Part shown: positions 36,054-44,900 of the stretch, one piece after another
Layout: the number at the start of each line of letters is the position of its first letter
Numbering within the stretch: position 1 is the first letter of the stretch
DNA from: Pseudomonadota bacterium
Lineage (GTDB): Archaea; Thermoplasmatota; SW-10-69-26; JACQPN01; JAJPHT01
Length of the DNA: 55,669 bases
Direction of reading: 5' to 3'
Assembly: GCA_021325135.1 (NCBI GenBank)
Contig: JAJPHT010000028.1
Location: forward strand, 1-55,669
Made by a program: the position numbers and the translations under genes
The notes under the pieces: model-generated
The model's input: only the letters and a program-made list of their open reading frames with translations
What the model was told of the DNA's origin: nothing
Database searches by the model: none

Positions 36054-37049
36054 GTGGCCCCACCTGTGGATTCCCTCGACCACGCGATCCTGCGCGAGCT
36101 GGCCCGCGACAAGGTGCTCCTCTGGGGCGGTCTCGACCCGCGCGTGTCGGCGGCGAGCCTCGCGGACGCGGTGGGCGTCGACAAGAGCACCGTGCGCGCC
36201 CGGCTGCGCGCGTGGGGCAAGGCGGGCTTCCTGGGGCGCTTCCACGTCATCCCCAACCCGCGCCTCTGGGGGATGGGCTGCGCGGCGGGCGGCATCTTGG
36301 TGAAGGATCCCGCGGACAAGACGCGCGTGCTGGAGGATCTGGGGCTCGTGGACGGCATGCTCACCGCGCAGGAGCACGTGGGGGGCTGGATCGGCCTGGG
36401 GTTCGTGGACGACGGCCCCGCCGCGCTGGAGCGCCGCGCGCGGCTCCTCTCGCGCCTGCCCGGGGTCGTGGAGGTCCAGCCGGTCTTGCGCTGGGGCGCG
36501 CCCTCCTGCTCGCGCGCGCCCACGCCCCTGGACTGGCGCATCATGCGCGCGCTGCGCGAGGCCCCCTCCGCGCCCCTGGGCGACCTCGCCCGCGCCGTGG
36601 GCGTGAGCCCCAACACCTTCCACGCCCACTACGAGGCGCTCGTGGACGGGGGCGCCATCTGGAGCCTGCCCGACCTGGACTTCACGCGCTACGAGGGCGT
36701 CGTGGTGGCGCGGCTCATCATCACCTTGGCGCCCGAGGCGAAGCGCGACGCCACCATGCGCGCCGTGCGCGAGGCCGTGCGCGACCCCGTGCTGGAGACG
36801 ACGCAGCCCGAGGTGCAGGCGCCCGACGGCACGCGCTACCTGAGCCTCATGGTGCAGTCGCCCACGGTGGGCGCGGCGGAGGAGGCCGAGATCGCGGCGC
36901 GCGCCCTGCCCCACGTCCGCGAGGTGGAGACCCTTTTCCTGCGCCGCTACCGCGTCTACACGGCGTGGGCCCAGGAGCAGGTGGCCCGCATGGCATCGAC
37001 CTCGGGGCCAGAAGCGCGAAGGTCGCGCGGCGCCAGCCGCGACGCATGA
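36054..37049 (+). CDS. Lrp/AsnC-like regulator with two HTH modules
   Basis: DSLDHAILREL…LADAVGVDKSTVRARL and PLDWRIMRAL…LARAVGVSPNT. Confidence 0.85.
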   Translation: MAPPVDSLDHAILRELARDKVLLWGGLDPRVSAASLADAVGVDKSTVRARLRAWGKAGFLGRFHVIPNPRLWGMGCAAGGILVKDPADKTRVLEDLGLVDGMLTAQEHVGGWIGLGFVDDGPAALERRARLLSRLPGVVEVQPVLRWGAPSCSRAPTPLDWRIMRALREAPSAPLGDLARAVGVSPNTFHAHYEALVDGGAIWSLPDLDFTRYEGVVVARLIITLAPEAKRDATMRAVREAVRDPVLETTQPEVQAPDGTRYLSLMVQSPTVGAAEEAEIAARALPHVREVETLFLRRYRVYTAWAQEQVARMASTSGPEARRSRGASRDA

Positions 37050-37228
37050 GGGACCGGAGAGGGGCAAGCGCGACCGGGGGCAACGCGGGCCCGGAGCGCG
37101 TCGGCGCGCCGGATGCTGAGGGGTCGGACGCCTTCATGGGCACGACCTCCGGGCGCGGGCCGACGTTCGGGAAGAGGCGCCACGCGGGCAAGCCCGGGAA
37201 GGGATCGCGCGGCGACGACCTGCCCTAG
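37046..37228 (+). CDS. Hypothetical small protein
   Basis: ATGA overlap; low complexity. Confidence 0.25.
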   Translation: MRDRRGASATGGNAGPERVGAPDAEGSDAFMGTTSGRGPTFGKRRHAGKPGKGSRGDDLP

Positions 37229-37515
37229 AGAGGGCGATAGCAGATCGTGTGGTCGACGTAGATCATGCAGTACCAGCCGAACGACGTGTGGCAGTTGAAG
37301 CCGTAGAGGTCGTTGCACAGCAGGCTCGTCGTCGACACGTCCGTCGTGACGGGCAGGCCGTAGGGGAAGAGGCGGCACGCCATCTGGCTGGGCGGGGGCG
37401 GGCACCAGAGCGCGCAGAGGTCGTCCGAGGGCGCGCAGCCGGCGCTGGCCACGGGGACGAGCGGGATCAGGAACGACAGGCCGAGAAGAGCGGCAAGCGG
37501 GAGATGGAGCTTCAT
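37225..37515 (-). CDS. Small secreted 8-Cys protein
   Basis: Signal peptide ending ASA; 8 Cys in a ~70-aa mature part. Confidence 0.7.
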   Translation of the reverse strand: MKLHLPLAALLGLSFLIPLVPVASAGCAPSDDLCALWCPPPPSQMACRLFPYGLPVTTDVSTTSLLCNDLYGFNCHTSFGWYCMIYVDHTICYRPL

Positions 37516-37653
37516 GTGCCCAAGCCTCCCGCCTGCCACGCCAACGAGGAAAGATGAGCCTTGCGTCTCCGAGGCCGGCCGGCGGAGGGCCCCGCGGATC
37601 GTGGCGGCGGCGTAGCCGCCCTTTTTCGGGCGGTCCGGACATGGCCCCGCGTG

Positions 37654-38952
37654 ATGCGCCTCCTCCTCGCGCTGGCCCTCGTCGCCCTCGCCGCCGGGTG
37701 CGCCGCGCCCGCCACGACGCCCGCCCCCGCGGGGGCCCCGGACGCCATGGCCCCCCTTGCGTTCAGCGCGCCGGCCATCCTCGACCCCGTGCGCAGCGGC
37801 GGCGAGCCCGTGATCTTCGAGACGCCGAAGCACACCCTCCTCATCGCCGCGCACCCGGGCTTCACGCACGTCAAGGCGCCCCCGGGGCCCGAGGTCCTGG
37901 AGCCCGCCAACGGGCAGAGCTACCTCTACCGCTCCGCCGACGGGGGCGCGTCCTGGAGCGTCGTCACGGGGCCCTCGGGCACGCCCAGGAACGACGCGTG
38001 GGGCATCAGCGACCCGGACCTCGCGGCCAACGCCGACGGCTCGCGCCTCGTCATGGCGGACCTCCAGGCAGTGAGCGCCTCGACCGCCGCGTCCACGGAC
38101 GACGGCGCCTCGTGGCCCAGCGCCGCCCCCATGGTGACGGACCCGCAGGACGGCAGCGTCGACCGGCCGTGGCTTGCCTTCGCCGACGGCCACTTCTACG
38201 TGCTCTACAACGGCGACGGCAACGGCCACTGGCGGCTGCGCCAGAGCGACGACGGCGTGACGTGGAGCGACCTCTCCACGCCCGGCGACGGGAGCTACCC
38301 CGGCGCCATGGCCGCGGGCAAGGACGGCAGCCTCTACGTGGGCAACGGTGACAAGGTGTGGTGGAGCGTGGACGGCGGCAAGACGTTCACCGCCTCCAAG
38401 GTCCCCGCGCAGAAGCCCATGACCGGCATCGTCGCCCAGCGCCCCGCCGTGGACGACGCGGGCACCGTCTACTTCGCGTGGTCCGAGGAGAGCGCCATCT
38501 ACTACGCCGCGAGCCGCGACCACGGCAAGACCTGGGGCCCCGCGGTGCTCCTCAGCGCGGGCCTCCCCGGCACGCACGTCTGGCCCTGGCCCGCGGCGGG
38601 CGCCCCTGGCAAGCTCGTCGTGGCGTGGGTCGGCACCACCGAGACGAACCCGGACCCCAGCGCGGTGAAGGGCGACTGGCTCGTCCACGTCGCGGTGGTC
38701 ACCGGCGCCGACACGGACCACCCCACGGTGCAGGCCGCGCCCGTCAAGGACGCCAAGGTGACGACCGGAGGCATCTGCATGGACGGCACCGTCTGCGAGG
38801 CCGAGGCCAAGGACCGCCGCCTGGGCGACTTCATCACCGTGATCGTCGACCACGCGGGGCGGATCCACGTCGCGTATGGCACCACCACGACGGGGCACAG
38901 CATCTCGTCGCCCGCGTACTTCCGCGAGACGGACGGGCCCCGGCTGAGGTGA
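37654..38952 (+). CDS. Lipoprotein with BNR/Asp-box repeats (sialidase-like beta-propeller)
   Basis: Lipobox LAAGC; SADGGASW, STDDGASW, SDDGVTW, SVDGGKTF, SRDHGKTW. Confidence 0.88.
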   Translation: MRLLLALALVALAAGCAAPATTPAPAGAPDAMAPLAFSAPAILDPVRSGGEPVIFETPKHTLLIAAHPGFTHVKAPPGPEVLEPANGQSYLYRSADGGASWSVVTGPSGTPRNDAWGISDPDLAANADGSRLVMADLQAVSASTAASTDDGASWPSAAPMVTDPQDGSVDRPWLAFADGHFYVLYNGDGNGHWRLRQSDDGVTWSDLSTPGDGSYPGAMAAGKDGSLYVGNGDKVWWSVDGGKTFTASKVPAQKPMTGIVAQRPAVDDAGTVYFAWSEESAIYYAASRDHGKTWGPAVLLSAGLPGTHVWPWPAAGAPGKLVVAWVGTTETNPDPSAVKGDWLVHVAVVTGADTDHPTVQAAPVKDAKVTTGGICMDGTVCEAEAKDRRLGDFITVIVDHAGRIHVAYGTTTTGHSISSPAYFRETDGPRLR

Positions 38953-38980
38953 GCGCGCGACGCGCCGGGTTTTTGCTGGG

Positions 38981-39130
38981 GGCTTCTCTCAAGCCGGACC
39001 TCCGAGGGCGATCCGGGGCTCGGGCCTGAGGCGGCGTGGGCCCCAACGTGCTGCGATTCCCGGATAAGGCTCACGTCAACCTGCGCCCTCTTAGGGTGCA
39101 TGGTCCTGGAAACAGACCTTGAGAGTGCCT
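38981..39130 (+). ncRNA. Candidate structured RNA (multi-branch), family unknown
   Basis: Closing stem plus several internal helices with G-U pairs and a GAAA tetraloop on the + strand. Confidence 0.4.
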
Positions 39131-39180
39131 TGGGAACCTTGGAAAATGCCTTTACCATGGAAGAGGTGTCCATCCATTGC

Positions 39181-39414
39181 ATGGAAGAGACCACCTTGCT
39201 CTCCAGCGGCCAGACGCAGGTCCCGGCCCGGGTGCGCGCGAAGACGCAGGCGAAGCCGGGGGACAAGCTCGTCTGGGAGGAGATGGAGGACGGCAGCTTC
39301 CGGGTGACGCTCCAGCCCCGCACGGGCCTCGCCGACATCGTGGGCCTCGTGGACGGGCTGCCCCAGGGCGGCGCCGTGGAGGCCAAGCGGTGGGCGCAGC
39401 GCGGGGGCCGCTGA
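39181..39414 (+). CDS. vapB: AbrB/MazE-type antitoxin
   Basis: GQTQVPARVR…KPGDKLVW; directly upstream of a PIN gene. Confidence 0.85.
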   Translation: MEETTLLSSGQTQVPARVRAKTQAKPGDKLVWEEMEDGSFRVTLQPRTGLADIVGLVDGLPQGGAVEAKRWAQRGGR

Positions 39415-39797
39415 TGCCCGTCGTCGTGGACGCCACCCACTTCATCAGCCTCGTCAACAAGGGGGACCGCCACCACCGCGCGGCCAAGCGCAGCCAGGAG
39501 CGCCTGGGGGGCAAGCACAAGCTCTACACGACGCTCCTCGTCCTGGGCGAGGTCAGCGCCGTGCTGGGCCCTTCGCTGGGGGGCAAGCTCACCAAGCGCA
39601 TCCTCGACGGCATCCGCGCCGACGTCTCCGTCCTCCACCCGGGGGCGGCGGAGCTTGACGACGCCATGGGCTTCTTCCTCAAGTACGACGGGAAGCTGAG
39701 CCTCAGCGACGCGCTGCTCCTGGTGTACGCGCAGCAGATGCAGGCGTCCATCCTCAGCTACGACGCGGGCTTCCAGGGGAAGGCCGACCTCTTCTGA
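39414..39797 (+). CDS. vapC: PIN-domain toxin
   Basis: VVVDAT…LGE…LSLSDA…SYDAGF. Confidence 0.9.
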   Translation: MPVVVDATHFISLVNKGDRHHRAAKRSQERLGGKHKLYTTLLVLGEVSAVLGPSLGGKLTKRILDGIRADVSVLHPGAAELDDAMGFFLKYDGKLSLSDALLLVYAQQMQASILSYDAGFQGKADLF

Positions 39798-40289
39798 TCA
39801 GAGGTCGCCGCCCTCGGCCACCAGCGTCTCCACGCGCAGGACGAACTCCTTGGTGACGGGCACGTAGGCCTTGGTGTAGACCGCGCCGCGGTGGCGGCTC
39901 TTGGCCGGGCGGCTGTACTCCAGCACGGTCATGCCCTGCTGCTGCTCGGTGGTGAGGCGCTTCTCGTCGTCCCACGTCTCCATGGCCATGAGGGGCGCCT
40001 CGGCCTCCAGGGGCTCGTCCTGGAAGTCCTGGGAGAGGGGGGCGGGCTCCTCGGCGGCGGGCTGGGGGCGCGGCCCCCGGCGGCGCAGGAAGAAGGGGAT
40101 CTCCACGACGATGGCCACGAGGAAGAGGAGCGCGCCCCCCAGGGCAAGCTGCTCGTTCGTGACGCCCTGGACGACGCGGTTCGTCGCCGCCAGGAGGAGG
40201 ACGGCCGCGAAGTAGAGGACGCAGATCGCGGCCAGCGTGAACGCGAGCCACGCGCGCCGGATGCGGAAGGGCCGGGAGTCGTCCGCCAT
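39798..40289 (-). CDS. 2-TM membrane protein with cytoplasmic domain
   Basis: Two hydrophobic helices, acidic linker, beta-rich C-terminus. Confidence 0.7.
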   Translation of the reverse strand: MADDSRPFRIRRAWLAFTLAAICVLYFAAVLLLAATNRVVQGVTNEQLALGGALLFLVAIVVEIPFFLRRRGPRPQPAAEEPAPLSQDFQDEPLEAEAPLMAMETWDDEKRLTTEQQQGMTVLEYSRPAKSRHRGAVYTKAYVPVTKEFVLRVETLVAEGGDL

Positions 40290-40362
40290 GACAGGCTTGG
40301 CAGCGGGAGGGAGCGATAAGAGCGTTTCCAAACCAACGGCCGCAGCGAGGACCCTGCGAGAT

Positions 40363-40372
40363 GGTATAAGAA
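40363..40372 (+). promoter_or_regulatory. TATA box of tfb
   Basis: GGTATAAGAA about 30 bp upstream of GTG 40396. Confidence 0.55.
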
Positions 40373-40395
40373 GGCGCGGGCCGCGAACGGGGCAG

Positions 40396-41334
40396 GTGGC
40401 GTCATCCACCAGCCGGGGGGAGGAAGCCGGAAGCCCCTGCCCGGAGTGCAAGGTGGGCCGGCTCGTCCTGGACCCTGCGCGCGCCGAGGTCACCTGCGAC
40501 CGTTGCGGCCTCGTCACGCGCGAGAACCTCATCGACACGGGCCCCGACTGGCGAAGCTTCGCGGACGACCCCCGGGGAAGCTCGCCCGAGCGCGCAGCGC
40601 CCCTCTCCAGCCTCCAGCACGACTACGGCTTCGGCACCGTGATGTGGGGCAGCACCGACGCGCATGGCCGCTCCGTCTCCTCCAACAGCATGCCGCAGCT
40701 GAAGCGCATGCAGAAGTGGGACCGGCGCAGCAAGTTCCGCCGCGGGACCGAGCGCAACCTCGCCACCGCATTGACCGAGATCCGCCGCATGTCGGCGAGC
40801 CTCGACGTGCCGCGCAGCGTGCAGGAGGTCGCGGGGCGCTACTACCGCTCCGCCGCCGAGAAGAACCTCATCCGCGGCCGCAGCATCGACAGCGTCGCCG
40901 CCGCGAGCCTCTACGCCGCGCTGCGCACGAGCGGCGTGCCGCGCAGCCTGGAGGAGATCGCGGAGGTCAGCAAGGTGGACCGCCGCGAGATCGGCCGCGT
41001 CTACAAGGTCGTCGCGCACGAGCTGGGGTTGACCCTCGCGCCCGTGACGCCGCAGTCCTACATCCCGCGCTTCGCCTCGCGCCTCACCCTCCACCCCGAG
41101 ACGGAGGCGCTGGCCCTCGCGTTCGTGAAGCAGGCCGTCCTCGCGGAGGTCGTGAGCGGCAAGGACCCCAAGTCCGTCGCCGCCGCCGCGCTCTACATCG
41201 CGTGCATCCTGCGCGGCGAGCCCCGCACGCAGCGCGACGTGTCGGAGGCCACGGGCGTGACCGAGGTCACCATCCGGAACCGGTACAAGGAATTGGTGGC
41301 CTCGCTGGGGATCACGTTCGACTTCAAGGCGTGA
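40396..41334 (+). CDS. tfb: Transcription initiation factor IIB
   Basis: Zn ribbon CPEC…CDRCG, IDTGPDWRSF, ERNL, LIRGRSI, RTQRDV…VTEVTIRNRYKEL. Confidence 0.97.
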   Translation: MASSTSRGEEAGSPCPECKVGRLVLDPARAEVTCDRCGLVTRENLIDTGPDWRSFADDPRGSSPERAAPLSSLQHDYGFGTVMWGSTDAHGRSVSSNSMPQLKRMQKWDRRSKFRRGTERNLATALTEIRRMSASLDVPRSVQEVAGRYYRSAAEKNLIRGRSIDSVAAASLYAALRTSGVPRSLEEIAEVSKVDRREIGRVYKVVAHELGLTLAPVTPQSYIPRFASRLTLHPETEALALAFVKQAVLAEVVSGKDPKSVAAAALYIACILRGEPRTQRDVSEATGVTEVTIRNRYKELVASLGITFDFKA

Positions 41335-41340
41335 GGGCCG

Positions 41341-41658
41341 CTACCCCTCTTCCGCCTCGCGCACCGCGTAGGCCTCCGCGAGGTAGCCGCTGGTCATGAC
41401 CAGCGCGACCGCGCCCAAGGGGAGGAGCACGTCGAGCAGCAGCCCCAGGACGTTGAACCCGCCGCGGAAGAGGAGGATCGCGTTGTAGACGCCCCACGCG
41501 AGGCCGAAGAGGGTGAACGCGTGGTACGCCAGGGGAAGCAGGAAGAGGAGGCTCACCGAGAGGAGGAACCACGCGACGCCGGGCAGCGAGATGCCCAGCA
41601 CGTTGCTGCCCGTGGGGAGGATGAGAAGGGAGTAGAGGGCGCCCAGGGCGGCGCCCAC
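41341..41658 (-). CDS. Small multi-pass membrane protein (start uncertain)
   Basis: Four hydrophobic segments; possible frameshifted start near 41705. Confidence 0.65.
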   Translation of the reverse strand: MGAALGALYSLLILPTGSNVLGISLPGVAWFLLSVSLLFLLPLAYHAFTLFGLAWGVYNAILLFRGGFNVLGLLLDVLLPLGAVALVMTSGYLAEAYAVREAEEG

Positions 41659-41701
41659 CAGCGCGCGGCGGGGGATCGCGTGGCGGAAGAGCGCCAGCCG
41701 C

Positions 41702-41905
41702 TCACCCGCTCCGCGGCCGGTCCATCAGGAAGAGCACGACCTCGGCCGCCACGATGAGGATGAGCAGGCCCACGACGACCACGAGGATGGTGGCCGTGGC
41801 GTCGGGCGCGAGGAGCACCGTGAGGAGCGCCACGAGCACGCAGGCTCCCGCCGCGCCGCCCAGGCCCAGGAAGACGTTCCTTCGCATCGCTGGCTCCACG
41901 AGCAT
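41702..41905 (-). CDS. Small 2-TM membrane protein
   Basis: TGATG overlap with the upstream gene; two hydrophobic helices. Confidence 0.65.
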   Translation of the reverse strand: MLVEPAMRRNVFLGLGGAAGACVLVALLTVLLAPDATATILVVVVGLLILIVAAEVVLFLMDRPRSG

Positions 41906-44900
41906 CACCCCTTGCGCTTGACGACCACGAAGATGGCGATGGCGATGCCCACGACCGCAAGGAGCGCCAGGAGCACGAGGAGGCCGGCGTAGGTGGCGAA
42001 GACGTAGGCGGGCGTCAGCTTCGCGCTGAAGCTCGCGGCGTTCACCAGCGTCGACTCCTTGGTCTGGCCGTCCTCGCTGTAGTGCGCGACGATGGTCACG
42101 CTGTAGTCGCCGGAGGACGAGACGGGCACGCGCGCCGAGTAGATTTGGTCGTTGGCCGTCTTGTCGCCGTCCTTGCCGTCGTCGTGCATGACGTAGGAGT
42201 CCACCAGCGCGCCGCCGCGGTAGAGCTGCGCCTCCACGGTGGCGCCGGCCTTGCTGATCTGCGCCGTGATGACCACCTGGTCGCCGGGCACCACGTCGTC
42301 GACGTGCCCCACGGAGCCGATGGCGCTGCCGGCGTTGATGACGTTGACCGTCGTCTCGTCGAACTTGGCCGTGGTGCCGTCGCTGGCGGTCACGCGGAAG
42401 GTGTACTCGCCGTCGCCCGCGAGCTTGGAGGTGTCCAGCGAATATTTCCTGGCGCCGGTGGCGTCGAGCTTCGCAAGCTCGGTGTACGCGTCCTTGCCGG
42501 GCGCCTTGTAGAAGAGCGTGAACGTCAGCGGGTCCTGGTCGGCGTCGCTGGCGTCCCACGTGAGGTCCACGACGCGGCTCACGCGGCTGCCCACGACGGG
42601 GCTCGTGACCTTCACGACGGGGTCGTGGTTCGCGACCTTCAGCGAGCCGTAGGGCTGGCTGGGGCTGCCGAAGCTCTCGCTGCCGTCCGCGTTGTTGTCC
42701 ACGTTGTCGACGGCCTGCACGTAGTACGTGAGCGTCTGGCCGCGGTGGCCCTCGGGGAGCACGCCGCGCCACACGTCGCCCACGGCGTCCTTCACCATGG
42801 GGTAGGGCTGGTAGGGCTCGTTGTCGGCGCGCGCCCAGATGGTCGCGCTCTTGACGCCCGTCTGCTCGTCGACGATGGTAAAGTTGAGCCACCGGTCCTG
42901 GATGAGGGGGAGCGCCAGGTGCGGCGCCGCGTCGTCTAGGAAGAACGAGTACTGGTTGGGGCGCGTCGCGTTGGAGTTGCCCACGGCGTCGTAGGCCCAC
43001 ACGCTGATGGTGTAGACCGTGGCGCCCGCGTAGACCTCCTTGTTGTCCGCCAGCGAGAAGGGCCCGTTGTAGGTGGCCGTGACCGCGCGGCCGCCGCCCA
43101 CGATGGTGTAGACGACGCGGTCCACGGGCACGGGGCTGTCGTCGTCGGGGCTCGCCGTGATGGTGAACTTGGTGCTCAGGCTCACGTTCCAGAGCTGCGA
43201 GGCGCCGCTCTTGTAGCGCGGCGCGAAGTCGGTGATGCGCGCGCTGGGCGGCTTCGCGTCCACGACGAACGTGAAGTTGAGGTAGCTGGGCAGCGAGGTC
43301 TTGCCCGCCTGGAGGCCCGTGAGGTCGAAGACGCTGAGGTTCACGGGGACGACCTGGCCGTCCTGGAAGCGCTGCCCCTCGACGTTGGCCACCGTGTATT
43401 GGAAGAAGTAGCCGTTGAGGCCCGCGGGCGCGGGCGACGTGGTGACGCGCCCGTTGACGGTGGCGCCGTCCACGCTGAGGTTGAACGACTTGTCGTCGAC
43501 GCCCTGCGCGTCGTAGACGAGGAAGGTCAGCGTGGGCGCGGCAGGCGCGTAGAACTGGCCGTTGATCTTGACCGTGGGCGACTTGACCTCGATGCGCGGG
43601 CCGAGGTTCTCGCTGACGCTGAACGCGCCGCTCAGCACGCCGTGGGAGCCGTCGAGGAGGCCCTGCGACGAGAAGGCGCGGATGGTGTAGGAGTAGGTGC
43701 CCGACGTGTTGAACGTCGTGGTGTAGGTGAAGTTCTCGTCGTTGCCCAGCCCGTCCGTGACGTTCATGGGCTGCGCGTCCACGATGACGGCGTCGTTCTG
43801 GTCGGTGACGGTGACCTCGACGCGCGGGTCGTAGAGCGCGGACACCTTGGCGTAGAAGGTGACGGGCTGGCGGAGCTCCTGCTGCGGGGGGTCGACGCCG
43901 CGGTCCGTGATGGTGGGGTTCGTCGTCTCGTTGAGCGAGAACTCCACGGGCGGGGACGCGCCCCAGTTGCCGTTCACGTCCTTCGCGACGAAGGTGACCT
44001 CGAACGTGCCCGAGGCGTTGAGCGCGTGGCCGCGCCCGACGGCGAAGGTGTCGTTGAAGATGCGGCACGTGCGGCTGCTGTCGCCCGTGAGGCACGGGGC
44101 CGTGCCGTTGCGCAGCGTGAAGTTGAACGTCGGGTCCGCGTGCCCCTTGCGCGTCCAGACGGAGTAGACCTCGCTGGGGGGCGTCACCGACGAGTCGTCC
44201 GAGACGTTCACGTGGATCTGCACGGCGTGGCCCGGGACGCTGGAGTTGGTGAAGTGCGCCTTGTCGGTGACGTCAGAGACCGACAGGTCCTGGAACGCGG
44301 GGAGCTGGTCCTGGAGCGTGAGGTTGCGGAAGATGTGGCGCGTCTCGCCGCTGATGTCGGTGATCTGGATGTCGACGCCCCACGTCCCGGGGCCGTCCTC
44401 GGTGGTGGAGATGGTGGCGCTCGTGAAGTTGTAGCGCGAGGACGCGCTGGTGCCGCAGCCGGCCGCGGTCGTCCCGGCGACGCCCACGGTGCCGTTCCAC
44501 GGGTTGCCGTCGGGCGGCGTCTGGCCGACGCCTCCGCCGGCGTTCTTGCAGTCGGACCCGCCGCTTGTGAAGCCCGAGGTGATGTTGCGGCCGTGGCGCG
44601 GCGGCGAGAGGACCAGCGCGAGGTTGTCGACCTTGCTGACCTGGTCGCTCTGGTTGCTGACGTTGTCGATGTAGCCCGTCCAGTCGCGCCAGACCTGGAT
44701 GTCGTAGTAGGGCGCGATGGAGGTGAAGGGCACCGTGTAGTTGAGGTCCTGCGGCGCGGTCGTGTTCCGGACGCCGTTGTACTTGATGCCGCGGAGGATG
44801 TCCGTGTCGTTCACGGTCTGGATGGGCCACTTGGCGAGGTGGAACGTCTGGTTCCAGGACTTCTCCACCGTCTGGTTGAAGGCGTCCACGGCCTCGATGG

